Shown piece by piece: positions 1-10,567 of a DNA stretch of 64,000 nucleotides. The DNA is from an uncultured delta proteobacterium. GTDB taxonomy: Bacteria; Myxococcota_A; Polyangia; Polyangiales; Polyangiaceae. The stretch's first letter is position 1. Every line of letters starts with the position of its first letter. The stretch is taken from positions 224,001 through 288,000 of the forward strand of contig CAWJCS010000003.1 in assembly GCA_963841435.1 (NCBI GenBank), given 5' to 3'. Both the position numbers and the translations under genes were made by a program. The notes under the pieces are model-generated. The model did no database searches and was not told the origin of the DNA. It saw nothing but the letters and a program-made list of their open reading frames with translations.

Positions 1-49
1 CGCGAGGCAGGCCGGACGCCGCTCGATCGCCCTCTGAAAAAGCTTTGGC

Positions 50-1093
50 TCAAAGCATGGCGAGCCATGCGGCGAGCTGGGGCAAAGGCAGGCTGCGCTG
101 TGCGATCTTCAAACGAACGACGGCGCCCGGCATGCCATACACGACGGCCGTCGCCTCGCTTTCGACCACGACCGTACCCCCCGCCTCCGCGATCTCCTTC
201 GCCCCGCGCGCGCCGTCGTCTCCCATTCCCGTGAGCACGACGCCGACCGCCCGGCTCCCGGCGACGCGCGCCACGCTCTTCAGGAGCGCGTCCGCGCTCG
301 GCACGTAGCGATCGTCGGGCGCTGCCGGCCGCACCCTGAGCCGGAAGCCCTGGCCGCCTTGCTCGACCTCGAGGCACTGCCGGCCCGGGCACACGAAGGC
401 GGTCCCCGCCTCGAGCAGGTCGAACTCCTTGGCCTCCGAAACGCGCAGCTGACTGCGCTTGTCGAGCCGCTCGGCGAACGTGCGGGTGAAGGTTTCCGGC
501 ATATGTTGGGCGACGACGATGCCGTGGGCGTAGCCGCGCGGCAGCCGCGCGAAGAGCTCGAGCAGCGCGCTCGGGCCGCCCGTCGAGGCCGCGATGGCGA
601 TGACCTTGGCGGGGGGGCCCGTCGACCCCGGCGCGGCGCCGGGCGCCACGGGCGTCGGGGCGTCGGCGAGCTTGCGGGGCAGCGCCGGGGCCCGCACGTT
701 GCGCGCGAGCGATACCTTGCGCAAAAGCTCGTCGCGTACGCTGACGAGGCTCGGGTCGATATAGCGGTCGGGCTTGGCGACGAAGTCGAGTGCCCCGAGC
801 TCGAGCGCCTTGAACACGTTCTCCTTCTGGCTGTAGCTCGAGATGACGATCACGGGCGTCGGCGTCCGGCTCATGAGGATGCGCAGGAACGTGAAGCCGT
901 CCATCTTCGGCATCTCGAGGTCGAGCGTGATGACGTGCGGCTCGAGCATGCTGACGAGCTTGAGCGCTTCCTCGCCGTCGGCGGCGCGCCCGACGATTTC
1001 GACGTCCGGCGCCGTGGAGAGGATCTCGACGATGCTGCGACGATTGAAGGCGGAATCGTCCACCACCAAGACCTTCAGCTTCTCGCTCGTCAT
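50..1093 (-). CDS. cheB: Chemotaxis response regulator / protein-glutamate methylesterase CheB
   Basis: Receiver domain (VLVVDDS, LDLEMP) followed by methylesterase motifs ASTGGP, QHMP and TGMGDDG; start set at MTSEKLK, overlapping the cheR stop. Confidence 0.95.
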   Translation of the reverse strand: MTSEKLKVLVVDDSAFNRRSIVEILSTAPDVEIVGRAADGEEALKLVSMLEPHVITLDLEMPKMDGFTFLRILMSRTPTPVIVISSYSQKENVFKALELGALDFVAKPDRYIDPSLVSVRDELLRKVSLARNVRAPALPRKLADAPTPVAPGAAPGSTGPPAKVIAIAASTGGPSALLELFARLPRGYAHGIVVAQHMPETFTRTFAERLDKRSQLRVSEAKEFDLLEAGTAFVCPGRQCLEVEQGGQGFRLRVRPAAPDDRYVPSADALLKSVARVAGSRAVGVVLTGMGDDGARGAKEIAEAGGTVVVESEATAVVYGMPGAVVRLKIAQRSLPLPQLAAWLAML

Positions 1094-1971
1094 CGTCTGC
1101 CCTCGCCGAAGATAGCCGTCGTGCGGGGCTTTCGATACACGAGATCCTCCCTCAGGTGAACGAGCTCGAAGGCCGTCGATAGATTCAGTAGCGATTCGGA
1201 GTGTCCGAGCAGCAAATAGCCCCCAGGGGCCAAGCGGTCGTAGAAGGCATCGATGACGCGCCGGCGGGATTTCACGTCGAAGTAGATGAGGACGTTCCGG
1301 CAAAAGATCACGTTGACTTGCCCCGCCATGAGGCCGTGGCCGCCCTCCATCAGGTTGAGCTGGCCGAAGTGGCAGATCTTCTTGATCTCGGGGACGACCT
1401 CCCATCCGTCGCCGTGCGCCTCGAAATAGCGCTGCCGAAGCTCGTCGGGCGTCGTGCGAAAGGCGGCCCCGCGGTAGACGCCGCGCCGCGCCGCGGCCAC
1501 GGAGCCGCGACAGATGTCGCTGCCGACGACCTTCAAATCCCAGCTCGAGAACAACCGTGACTCGAGCAAGAGCACCGCAATCGTGTAGGCCTCTTCGCCC
1601 GTGGCGCAGCCCGCGCTCCAGATGCCGAGCCGTTGCCGGGCACGACGGGTCTCTTCGAGCTCCGGCAGGAGCTGGTCGCGAAACGCGCGCAGCTGATACT
1701 CCTGGCGGAAGAAATAGGTTTCCTTGGTCGTGAGTCGCTCGATCGCTTCCTCGAGCTCGGTGAAGCCTTGCGGGTGGAAACGCATGTACTTGTAGTACGC
1801 GTAGAAGTCGTCGAGGCCGAGCGCCTCGACACGATCGACGAGGCGCCGCTCGAACAGGAACATCGCGTCGTCGTCGAAGTGGAGCCCCGCGTGCTCGTAG
1901 ACGCGGTCACGGAGCAAGCGAAACTCCTCGGCGCCGAGCTGAGCATGCGGCAAGAGGCGCGAGCCGCTCAT
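1090..1971 (-). CDS. cheR: Chemotaxis methyltransferase CheR
   Basis: C-terminal part of ORF 1090..3099: ETYFFR, IWSAGCATGEEAY, IFCRNVLIYF, GYLLLGHSE. Confidence 0.95.
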   Translation of the reverse strand: MSGSRLLPHAQLGAEEFRLLRDRVYEHAGLHFDDDAMFLFERRLVDRVEALGLDDFYAYYKYMRFHPQGFTELEEAIERLTTKETYFFRQEYQLRAFRDQLLPELEETRRARQRLGIWSAGCATGEEAYTIAVLLLESRLFSSWDLKVVGSDICRGSVAAARRGVYRGAAFRTTPDELRQRYFEAHGDGWEVVPEIKKICHFGQLNLMEGGHGLMAGQVNVIFCRNVLIYFDVKSRRRVIDAFYDRLAPGGYLLLGHSESLLNLSTAFELVHLREDLVYRKPRTTAIFGEGRR

Positions 1972-4055
1972 CGCGGGAAGTAGCTCCCCCGCGTCGGCGC
2001 GAGGCTGCGCCGGACGCCCGCCATCCACTCGAGCGCCCTCGCGATCGCCTCGCGCACGAGCGGATCCTCCTCGACGCTGAGCCGCGCGCGCAGCGGCGCC
2101 GTCCCCACGCCGCCACAGCTCGCGAGCAGGTCGGCCGCGAGGCGCCGCACGTCCCAGGCCTCGTGGTCGAGCGCCACACCGAAATGCAGGACGGCGCGCG
2201 GGTCCGCGCACTCGCCGAGCGCCCTGAGCGCCGCCTTGACGACCTCGACGGCCGGGTGCGAGAGGCCGTCGATGAGCGCGTCGAAGCGTCGTGACTCGGC
2301 GAACGCGCCGAGCGCTTCGATCGCGGCCACGGCCGCCTTCGGGTCGCCGGAGCGCACGAGCGGCCGGAGCACTGGCAGCGCGCGATTGTCCGCCGTCTCG
2401 CCGAGCGCGCGGAGCGAGCCCACACCGACCTCCTCGTCGACGGAGCTCTCTGCGAGGGCGACGAGACGCGGCAGGCCGAGTACCTCGCCCTCGGCCGAGC
2501 GCAGCCGGCCGAGGGCGCGCACGGCCGCGAGACGCACGGTGCGCTCCTCGTCGTAAATGGCAAGCTCGATGGGCTCGAGGGCAAACGCGCCGCCGACGGC
2601 CCCGAGCGCTTCGAGCGCAGCGCGACGCACGTCGGGGACGGAGTTGGTCATGGCCGCCGCGAGGAAGTTGACGTCCGCGGCGAGGCTCCCGCGCACCGGC
2701 GGACCGAGCACGCGGATCACGACGGCGCCGATCTCGGCGTCGGGTGCGCCGGGTGCCGCGCGCTGGGCGAGCAGTCGCGCCGGCGCCGCGAAGCGCGCCG
2801 CGAGCATGGCGAGCGCGCTCTCGGCGGCGCGCCGCACCGAGCTCGCCGTGGCTTGGGCGAGCGCCCCCGCAACGGCTTCGAGGCTCGTTTCGTCGCCGAC
2901 GACGGCGAGCGCTGCCAGCGCCGAACGCACGACCTCCGGTGCGGGATCGGCGAGGCGGGCGAGCGCCTCGGCGCGCACGAGCGGCGACGTCTCGTCGTCG
3001 GCGACCCGGGCGGCGATTTCGAGCGCTGCCGCCCTCCGCTGCGGCTCGGCCCCCGTCGCCTGCTTCAGCAGGGGTCGGACCGAAACGGGACCGACCCACT
3101 CCAGCGCCTCTTCGGCCGGGCCCTCGAGGGCTTCCTCTTCGAGCGCGGACGCGGCGCGCGCGGCCGCCGACGTGAGGCCGAGCGCTCCGATCGCAAGAAG
3201 GGCGACACCCTGGGCGTCGCCGTCCGAGGGCGCGTTCGCAAGCTCCATCAGGTGCAGCTGAACCGGGCGCTCGAGCCCAGCACCGGCGACCTTGAGCGCG
3301 GCGAGCCGTGCCGGACCGGAGCGCGCGAGCTCGACCACGGCACGCAGCGCCTCGGAGAGCGTGCCCCCACGCGCTCGCGAAAGTGCCGCGACCAGGTGCT
3401 GCGCAGCGCGTTCGTCACCGCTCCGGCCGAGCGCCGCAAGCATGGCCGGTGCGACCGCCTCGTCCCCCCGCAGCCGCTCGAGGCGCACCCACGGCAGCGC
3501 CACGCCGAGCCGGCCGAGACCGTCGAGCGCGGCGAGTCGCACGAAGGCGCCCGGTGCGTCGAGGCACGCGATGAGGATCGGCTCGACCTCCTCGGCGCAG
3601 GCGGCGCCGAGCGCCGAGAGCGCTTCGACCGCGGCCACGGCGACGTTCGGGTCCGGATCGCGCAGGAGCCCGCGCAGAACGGGCACGGCCGTGGGCTGCT
3701 CGGTGCGAGCCAGAGCCTCGGCGGCGAGCTTGCGCCCGTCACCATCGAGCCCCGAAAGCGCGCCGGCCAGCGCATCGACGGCGTCGGGGCCGTAGGCGGC
3801 GAGCGCCTCGACGGCCGCATTGCGCAGGCCCACGTTGTCCGAAGGCTCGAGTGAAAGGACCAGGGCCTTGAGCACGGCGGCGCCCGGCGCGAACGCTGCC
3901 GCCACGCTGACCGCTTCCTTTCGCACGCGCCAATCGTCGTCGCCGAGCGCGCGGACCACGAGCGGCGCTGCCTGATCGGGATCCGTGTCGCGCAGCGCAT
4001 GGACCGCTTTGCGCCGCGCTTCGGAATCGGGCGAATCGAGCGTCGCCCCGCTCAC
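1968..4055 (-). CDS. HEAT-repeat protein within the che operon
   Basis: Many (D/E)xxVRxxAxxALG repeats; GTG start overlaps the cheW stop and the stop overlaps the cheR start. Confidence 0.85.
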   Translation of the reverse strand: MSGATLDSPDSEARRKAVHALRDTDPDQAAPLVVRALGDDDWRVRKEAVSVAAAFAPGAAVLKALVLSLEPSDNVGLRNAAVEALAAYGPDAVDALAGALSGLDGDGRKLAAEALARTEQPTAVPVLRGLLRDPDPNVAVAAVEALSALGAACAEEVEPILIACLDAPGAFVRLAALDGLGRLGVALPWVRLERLRGDEAVAPAMLAALGRSGDERAAQHLVAALSRARGGTLSEALRAVVELARSGPARLAALKVAGAGLERPVQLHLMELANAPSDGDAQGVALLAIGALGLTSAAARAASALEEEALEGPAEEALEWVGPVSVRPLLKQATGAEPQRRAAALEIAARVADDETSPLVRAEALARLADPAPEVVRSALAALAVVGDETSLEAVAGALAQATASSVRRAAESALAMLAARFAAPARLLAQRAAPGAPDAEIGAVVIRVLGPPVRGSLAADVNFLAAAMTNSVPDVRRAALEALGAVGGAFALEPIELAIYDEERTVRLAAVRALGRLRSAEGEVLGLPRLVALAESSVDEEVGVGSLRALGETADNRALPVLRPLVRSGDPKAAVAAIEALGAFAESRRFDALIDGLSHPAVEVVKAALRALGECADPRAVLHFGVALDHEAWDVRRLAADLLASCGGVGTAPLRARLSVEEDPLVREAIARALEWMAGVRRSLAPTRGSYFPR

Positions 4056-4540
4056 CCGGCCCCCGCGCCCAGCCGCACGGCGACGGGCAGCTCGGATATC
4101 AGCACCTGGAAGCGGGACACGTCCAGCACGAAGACCAGATGACCCTCGTGGTTGGTCACGCCGAGAATGCCGCGCGCATCCTCGCCGCCACCGAGCGAGG
4201 GCGCGGGGCGAACCTCGACGCCACCCGTACCGAACACGTCGGTGACGCGGTCGACGGCCAGGCCGAAGGTCTGGTCGTCGAGCCGCACGAGAATCCACTT
4301 GGAACGATGCTGATCGACAGGGCGCGGCAGCCCGAAGCGAACCCTGAGGTCGACGATGGGAATCACCTGATGACGGTGATCGGCGACGCCGGCGACGCCG
4401 CTCGGCGAATGCGGAAGCTCGGTGAGCAGCGTGGGCGTCACGATCTCCTGCACGTCGCCGATTGGCACGGCGTAGTGAACGTCGCCGACCATGAAGCCGA
4501 CCAGGCTTTTCCGCGGGTCCGGTCGCTGCTTGCCGGTCAC
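4052..4540 (-). CDS. cheW: CheW adaptor
   Basis: YAVPIGDVQEI, IPIVDLRVRFG, GLAVDRV. Confidence 0.9.
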   Translation of the reverse strand: MTGKQRPDPRKSLVGFMVGDVHYAVPIGDVQEIVTPTLLTELPHSPSGVAGVADHRHQVIPIVDLRVRFGLPRPVDQHRSKWILVRLDDQTFGLAVDRVTDVFGTGGVEVRPAPSLGGGEDARGILGVTNHEGHLVFVLDVSRFQVLISELPVAVRLGAGAG

Positions 4541-4553
4541 GCCGATGCCTTTT

Positions 4554-5036
4554 TCATCCCGCCACCACCGCGGAAAGATCCAAGAGAACGATGAATTCGC
4601 CCTGCGGGCGTCCCACTCCGAGCACGTATTCGCTCACCTCGGCTCCCAGGCCGCCCGACGTGAGCTCCATGTCGTCCTCGCCGAGCCTCACGACCTGCCG
4701 CACCTCGTCGACCCAGAGTCCCACGGGTTCCCCCGACGGCGCAATGGCGAGAAGGATACGCGGGCGACGCGTTGGGACGCGCTCGGCGAGCTTCAGCCGG
4801 CGGCGCAAATCGACGACGGTCACGAGCAGCCCGCGCACGCTGCACACGCCGAGGACGTCGGCGGGCGCGCGGGGCACGAGCGTGATGGGCGGCGGGCTCA
4901 GGATCTCCTTGATGCGCGCGAGCTCGACGCCGAAGACGTCCTCACCGAGCGCGAACGTCAAGAACTCGCGAACGGGTCCGCGGCCCGTCGTGCGGCGCGC
5001 CAGCCGGTCTCCGCGGGCTCTGACCAGATCAGCCAT
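4554..5036 (-). CDS. cheW: CheW adaptor
   Basis: FLTFALGEDVFG, GVCSVRGLLVTVVDL, GLWVDEV. Confidence 0.9.
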   Translation of the reverse strand: MADLVRARGDRLARRTTGRGPVREFLTFALGEDVFGVELARIKEILSPPPITLVPRAPADVLGVCSVRGLLVTVVDLRRRLKLAERVPTRRPRILLAIAPSGEPVGLWVDEVRQVVRLGEDDMELTSGGLGAEVSEYVLGVGRPQGEFIVLLDLSAVVAG

Positions 5037-7125
5037 GTAGCATCCTGTGCTCGCCGAGCTCGCCACTCATCAGCACCTCGTCGACGATCGCGGCCGCGTC
5101 CACGACGAGCCCCACGCGCTGGTCGCCGAGCTCCGTCGCGCCCGCAAAGCCCTTGACCGCAGCGAGCGACGCGCCGAGCGGCTTGATGACGATGTCCTGC
5201 TGCCCGACGAGGTGATCGAGCACGAGTCCGAGCCGGCGGTTGCCGAGCGAGACGACCACGACGTACCCGCGTTGCGGAGCGGGCTGTCCCGGCGGCCGCG
5301 AAAGGCCGAGCACGCGCTCGAGACGGCAGATTGGCAGGGTCGCACCCCTGAGCGTGATCACCTCGCGACCGTCGAGCAGCTTGGTGTTGCGCGCTTCGAA
5401 GCTCAGGGCCTCGGAAACGGTCGACAGCGGAATCGCGAAGCGGTGCCCGGCCACGTCGACCATCAGCGCGCTCACGATCGCGAGCGTGATCGGCAGCGTG
5501 ATCGTCATCTTGGTGCCGATGCCCGGCTCGCTCTGTACGTCGATGATGCCGCCGAGACGCCCGATGTTGGTCTTGACGATATCCATACCGACGCCGCGCC
5601 CGCTCACGTCGTCGACCGTCGTGCGCGTCGAGAGTCCGGGCAGGAACACGAGCCCGAGGATTTCCTCGCGCGTCAGCGCGTCCGCGTCCTGTCGGGTGAT
5701 CTTGCCGAGGGTCACGGCCCTCTGCACGACGGCCTCGTCGTCGATGCCGCGGCCGTCGTCTTCGACCTCGATCATGACGTGATTGCCCTTCTGGTAGGCG
5801 TTGAGCGCGATGGTGCCGGCGACGGGCTTGCCGACCTCGACGCGACGCGGTGCCACCTCGATGCCGTGATCGATGGCGTTGCGGATCATGTGCATGAGAG
5901 GGTCGCTGAGCTCCTCCACGATCAGCTTGTCGATCTCGGTCTCCGCGCCGGTGATGACGAGGCGGATCTCCTTGCCGATCTCGCGCCCGATCTGCCGCAC
6001 GACGCGCGCGAGCCGGTCGAAAACCTGCCCGAGCGGCACCATGCGCACCTCGAGGATGCCGGCCTGCATTTCGGCGAGGCGCCGCTCGAAGCTGCGGTGC
6101 AGCCGCATCAATTCCGTCGTGAGCTTGCGCTCGCCGTCGGCACGCAGCCGGTCGGCGATGCGAGCGAGCGCACCGCGGACGATGGCGAGCTCCCCGACGA
6201 CGTTCATCAGATTGTCGAGCTTGCGAATGTCGACGCGAACCGTCTGCGTCAGCGAGCGCAGGCTCGGCCCCTGGTCGAGCGCTACGTCGGCGCCCCCCGG
6301 CGGCGAGCCCGACGGAGCGCCCGTGAGACTCGACGCGAGCACGGGCGTCCTCGGCACGGCGCTGCCCGAAACGCTCACGCGCCGACGCGGCAACTCTTCG
6401 ACCACGACGTTGTCGGCACCGAGCGAGCCGATCAGCGTCGCGAGGTCGTCGCGCGATGCCATGAGCAGGTCGAGCTCGATGGCGTCCGGCCGGGTCGCCT
6501 CGCCCGCGGGCAAGTAGGTGATGATCTCACCGTGGCGCTTGGCGCGGTCCTTCAGCTCCTCGAGCGCCTTGTCGATCGTCGCGAGGTCGAACTCGACGCG
6601 CAGCCGGTAGAGCCCGAGCTTCTGCTCGAGGTTGGTGCGTAACCGGTGCTCCTCGTACTCGGTGAGGACGGCGAGCAGCCCGGGGTCGAGCTCGTAGTCG
6701 CTGTGGGACGGCTGGCGGCCACTGCCCTGCCCCACGAGCCCGTCGAGCCGGGCGAGCAGCTCGTCGACGGCGGGGATCGAATCGTCGCTGCCTTCGCGCT
6801 CGGCGGCGAGCAGCCTGCCGTAGGCTTCCACGGCGCCGAACAGCACGTCGAGCACCTCGGGGTTGAGATTCATTCTCCCGAGGCGGAGGTCGTCGAGCAG
6901 ATCTTCGAGGCGATGGGAAACGTGGCCGAGCCGCGCCGCGCCGAACAGCCCGGCGAGGCCCTTGAGGGTGTGCACGGCACGGAACGCTTCGTTCACGAGC
7001 GCGGGGTCGGTCGTGCCCGCGCGCACCGAAGCGTCGAGCTCGAGCAGGTTGCGCGACAGCGTCTCGACGATCTCCTGCGCCTCGGAGAGGAACTCCTCGC
7101 GCGCCCGCTCGGTGGGGTCAGCCAT
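5029..7125 (-). CDS. cheA: Chemotaxis histidine kinase CheA
   Basis: HPt (FRAVHTLKG), dimerisation (VRVDIRKLDNLMN), HATPase (RNAIDHG, DDGRG, SGRGVGMD) and C-terminal CheW domain. Confidence 0.97.
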   Translation of the reverse strand: MADPTERAREEFLSEAQEIVETLSRNLLELDASVRAGTTDPALVNEAFRAVHTLKGLAGLFGAARLGHVSHRLEDLLDDLRLGRMNLNPEVLDVLFGAVEAYGRLLAAEREGSDDSIPAVDELLARLDGLVGQGSGRQPSHSDYELDPGLLAVLTEYEEHRLRTNLEQKLGLYRLRVEFDLATIDKALEELKDRAKRHGEIITYLPAGEATRPDAIELDLLMASRDDLATLIGSLGADNVVVEELPRRRVSVSGSAVPRTPVLASSLTGAPSGSPPGGADVALDQGPSLRSLTQTVRVDIRKLDNLMNVVGELAIVRGALARIADRLRADGERKLTTELMRLHRSFERRLAEMQAGILEVRMVPLGQVFDRLARVVRQIGREIGKEIRLVITGAETEIDKLIVEELSDPLMHMIRNAIDHGIEVAPRRVEVGKPVAGTIALNAYQKGNHVMIEVEDDGRGIDDEAVVQRAVTLGKITRQDADALTREEILGLVFLPGLSTRTTVDDVSGRGVGMDIVKTNIGRLGGIIDVQSEPGIGTKMTITLPITLAIVSALMVDVAGHRFAIPLSTVSEALSFEARNTKLLDGREVITLRGATLPICRLERVLGLSRPPGQPAPQRGYVVVVSLGNRRLGLVLDHLVGQQDIVIKPLGASLAAVKGFAGATELGDQRVGLVVDAAAIVDEVLMSGELGEHRMLHG

Positions 7126-7516
7126 CGCGCTGGCCGTCCGCTCGAGTCAAGTGGCGGAGCACCTCGCCGAGCAGATCCTTGGCGCCGAAGGGCTTGCCGA
7201 GGTACCCGTTCGCCCCGAGGCGCAGTCCCCGCTGTCGATCGCGCTCTGACGATTGCGTGGAGATGAGCAAAATGGGCGTCTGCTTGTGCTGCTCGCTCTT
7301 TCGCATGAACTGCACGAGCTCGAGCCCGTTGATGTCCGGCATGTTGATGTCGGTGATCACGAGATCGTAGGGGCCCCGGGGCAGAAGCCGAAGCGCGTCG
7401 AAGCCACTCGCCGCTTCCGAGACCTCGACGCCGACGACGCCCGCCTCCGACTCGAGCGTCGCGCGCACGAACGCGCGTGTGCTCGCGGAGTCCTCGACGA
7501 CCAGGATGCGAGGCAT
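7118..7516 (-). CDS. cheY: CheY-like single-domain response regulator
   Basis: ILVVEDS, TDINMP, YLGKPF; first gene of the che operon. Confidence 0.85.
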   Translation of the reverse strand: MPRILVVEDSASTRAFVRATLESEAGVVGVEVSEAASGFDALRLLPRGPYDLVITDINMPDINGLELVQFMRKSEQHKQTPILLISTQSSERDRQRGLRLGANGYLGKPFGAKDLLGEVLRHLTRADGQRDG

Positions 7517-7645
7517 GTGCTCTTCAGAATAGCCGAGTCGGGGCCGTGCTCAAAAGGGTGCCGCCCTCGGCAATTGCCCTCGGAAAGGCCGAGGTCGGCG
7601 CATGTCGGGAAACGTCGGCCACGCTTTCTGCTATGAGCCCTGACC

Positions 7646-10567
7646 GTGCGGGGCCTTTCGGCAGCGGCGTTCGGTCTCTTTCTGTCGTCAACCGGGTGCT
7701 CCACGGCGGAGGGGTGCCTCGGCGGCGACGACGGCCGTTGCCTGCCGTCGAGCGCCTGCGACAGGCTCGCCTTTTCTTGCGAAGACCCGAGCCTCGACGT
7801 TGCCTGGGTGAGCCCGGCCACGCCGCCCATCGACGGCCAGAAGGCGGCGCTCGCGTCGGGCAATCTCGTGCTTTCGAGCTCGCGCGTGCGCGCCGTCTTC
7901 GACGCGCTCGACACCCCCCACGCGCTCGCGCCGAGCGGCGGCTCGCTCGTCAACCTCGCACCGGCGGTGGGCGGTGACGACGGTCTGAACGAGGCGTTCC
8001 AAGCGGTCGGCATCCTGCCGGACGACGCCGTGCGCTATGTCGCCGTCAACGTTCTCGACGAGCGGCCGAAGAGCCTCTCGCTCGTGTACCGCGGGCATCT
8101 CAATCTGAGACCCGAGTTTTCGGTCGTGACGCGTTACGAGCTGCGGCCCTGCGAGCCCGGCTTGCGCGTCCGCACCGAGATCCACCACGGTGGGCGCGAC
8201 CCGTTGACGCTGTTTCCCGCCGACGCGTTCTTCTGGGGAGACCGCGGGCACCTGCCCTTCACGCCGGGCCAGAATCTCGGCTTCTCCCACCCCGAGGTCG
8301 AGCTCGAGACGCTCGGTGATTCCTTCGTCGAAGCGCGCTTCCTCACCGCCGCCGCGCCCGGTACGAACGACGCCGCGTACGCGCTCGTGCGCTGCGATGC
8401 CAGCCTGCTCACCGGCTTCCACAGCTCGACAATCTCGGCCGTGGGCGCCGAACGCCGCATCGTGATGCCCGGCGACAGCGCGGCGTTCGAGCGCTTCATC
8501 GGCGTCGCGGCCGGCCCGGGGCACGCCCGGGCGATCGACGTGGCGTCCGAGCTCAGGACCGAGCTCTACGGCGAGCGGTACGAGGCCATCTCGGGCTCGA
8601 TCGTCGACGAGCTCGGCCAGCCCGTGAGCGGCGACGGTGAGCGCGTCGCCGTGCTCGTGATCGACGCAGGACCGCGCGGCTCGGCCGCGCTCGACGGCGC
8701 GGTCGTCGCCGAGGCCGCGCCGGAGCCGGACGGCACGTTCCACGTGCGCGTGCCGAGCGGCCGCCGCTACGAGCTTTCCGTGCTCCTGTTCGGTCGGGTG
8801 CTAAAAGAGCGCTTCGGCGTCGATCCCGACACGCGCTCGGCGGGGACCATGGTCGTTCCGGCGTGGGCCAGCGTAACGGCGTCGGTCGTCAACGCCACGG
8901 GGGCGCCGCTCGTCGCCGAGATCGTGCTGGTGCCGGCCAATCCCGAGGCCGCTGGGCAAACGGCCGGTTCCTTCTTCGGCGAGCAACGCGAGGACCATTG
9001 CGCGCCGTTCCTCGGGCCGCCGCACGGCTCGTCGCCCGCCTGCAACCGCGTGCTCTTCGATGCTTCGGGCACAGCGTCCTTCGCGGTGCCGCCCGGTGAC
9101 TACTTCGCTTACGCGACGCACGGCCCGTATTTCACGCTCGGCCGACAGCGCGTGACGCTCGAGCCGGGCGACACCCGGGCCCTGGATTTTCGGCTGGAAC
9201 CGCTCTCGCTCTTGCCGACGGGCGCCCTCTCCGCCGATCTCCACGTGCACGGCGCAGCGAGCTTCGACAGCAGCCTGCCGGATCGCGACCGCGCGTTGTC
9301 GTTCGTGGCCGAGGACGTGGACGTCATTGCCGCGACCGACCACAACGTCGTGAGCGACTATCGCGCGGCCATTCGGAGCCTGGGCATCGGCGACCGCGTG
9401 CGCGTGCTGCCGGGCGTCGAGACCACGGGGCAGATCCTATTTTACGACCCGCCGGGCGCCGATGTACCGAAAGTCATCGGGCACTTCAACTTCTGGCCCC
9501 TTACGTACGACGCGCTCGCGCCTCGTCACGGCGCGCCGAACGACGAGCGGCTCGAGCCGGGGGCCCTCTTCGAGCGCATGCGCCCGCTGTACGACGGCAC
9601 GGGCGTCGCGCAGCTCAACCACCCTTACGCCGACGACAGCTTCGGCCGCGACCAGGGCTACCTCGCGGCCGTCGGCTACGATCCGCGCAAGAACGTGCCC
9701 GCGGCGCCGGACGGGACGCCCGAGGGGGAGCTTTCGCGCCGCGCGCGCGGCGGCACCTCGAACCTCGGCTTCGACATAGAGGAGGTCATGAACGGCGCCT
9801 CCGTGCGGCGTTTCTTCCACTATCGCGCGGCGTGGTTCTCGTTCCTGAGTCAGGGCATCCTGCGCGCGGGCACCGCCAACAGCGACTCGCACACGCTTTC
9901 GATCGAGCTCTTGGGCTACCCGCGTACGGTCGTCTTCGACCAGGGGGCGCTCGCCGATTTCGACATCGAGCGTTTCGACGCTGCCGTGCGGCAGGGTCGG
10001 AGCTTCGGCAGCAACGGGCCCGTGCTCCTCGCCTGTGTCGAAGACGGCGGCGATTGCCGGAGGCCGTCACTCGACGCGTTCTCGCCTTCCCGCGGCGCCG
10101 CCTTGCGCATCATGGTCTCCGCAGCCCCGTGGATCCCGGTCGAGGAAGCGCGCGTGTACGTCAACGGCAAGCTCGCGCGCTCGTTGCCCGTGGATGCAGC
10201 GCCGGACGACGCGTTCGGCACGTCCGGGCTCGAGCGGCTCGATGCAAGCGTGCCGCTGTCCAATCTCGCGGCGGCGGCCGGTGAGGGGCACGACTATTTC
10301 ATCGTCGTCGAAGCGGGCATGAAGCTTCCGCTCGCCTTCGACCTCGTCAACGACGACGGCCTCGTGGACACGACCGACAACGACGGCAACGGCCGTGTGG
10401 ACGCGGCCGACGGCGCCGGCACCTTTCGCGAGCCCGGCCGCGTCCCGACCGACAATCCGCGCTTCCACTTCCAGAGCGTGGCGCCGGGCGTGTTGCCGCT
10501 CGCCTTCTCCAACCCGTTCCTCGTCAACGTCGACGGGGGTGGGTTCCGCGCACCGAGGCAGCGGTGA
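7646..10567 (+). CDS. Secreted/lipoprotein PHP-type (CehA/McbA-like) metallohydrolase
   Basis: Signal-like N-terminus ending TGC; motifs DLHVH, TDHN, GHFN, QLNHP, EVMNG, NSDSH. Confidence 0.75.
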   Translation: MRGLSAAAFGLFLSSTGCSTAEGCLGGDDGRCLPSSACDRLAFSCEDPSLDVAWVSPATPPIDGQKAALASGNLVLSSSRVRAVFDALDTPHALAPSGGSLVNLAPAVGGDDGLNEAFQAVGILPDDAVRYVAVNVLDERPKSLSLVYRGHLNLRPEFSVVTRYELRPCEPGLRVRTEIHHGGRDPLTLFPADAFFWGDRGHLPFTPGQNLGFSHPEVELETLGDSFVEARFLTAAAPGTNDAAYALVRCDASLLTGFHSSTISAVGAERRIVMPGDSAAFERFIGVAAGPGHARAIDVASELRTELYGERYEAISGSIVDELGQPVSGDGERVAVLVIDAGPRGSAALDGAVVAEAAPEPDGTFHVRVPSGRRYELSVLLFGRVLKERFGVDPDTRSAGTMVVPAWASVTASVVNATGAPLVAEIVLVPANPEAAGQTAGSFFGEQREDHCAPFLGPPHGSSPACNRVLFDASGTASFAVPPGDYFAYATHGPYFTLGRQRVTLEPGDTRALDFRLEPLSLLPTGALSADLHVHGAASFDSSLPDRDRALSFVAEDVDVIAATDHNVVSDYRAAIRSLGIGDRVRVLPGVETTGQILFYDPPGADVPKVIGHFNFWPLTYDALAPRHGAPNDERLEPGALFERMRPLYDGTGVAQLNHPYADDSFGRDQGYLAAVGYDPRKNVPAAPDGTPEGELSRRARGGTSNLGFDIEEVMNGASVRRFFHYRAAWFSFLSQGILRAGTANSDSHTLSIELLGYPRTVVFDQGALADFDIERFDAAVRQGRSFGSNGPVLLACVEDGGDCRRPSLDAFSPSRGAALRIMVSAAPWIPVEEARVYVNGKLARSLPVDAAPDDAFGTSGLERLDASVPLSNLAAAAGEGHDYFIVVEAGMKLPLAFDLVNDDGLVDTTDNDGNGRVDAADGAGTFREPGRVPTDNPRFHFQSVAPGVLPLAFSNPFLVNVDGGGFRAPRQR

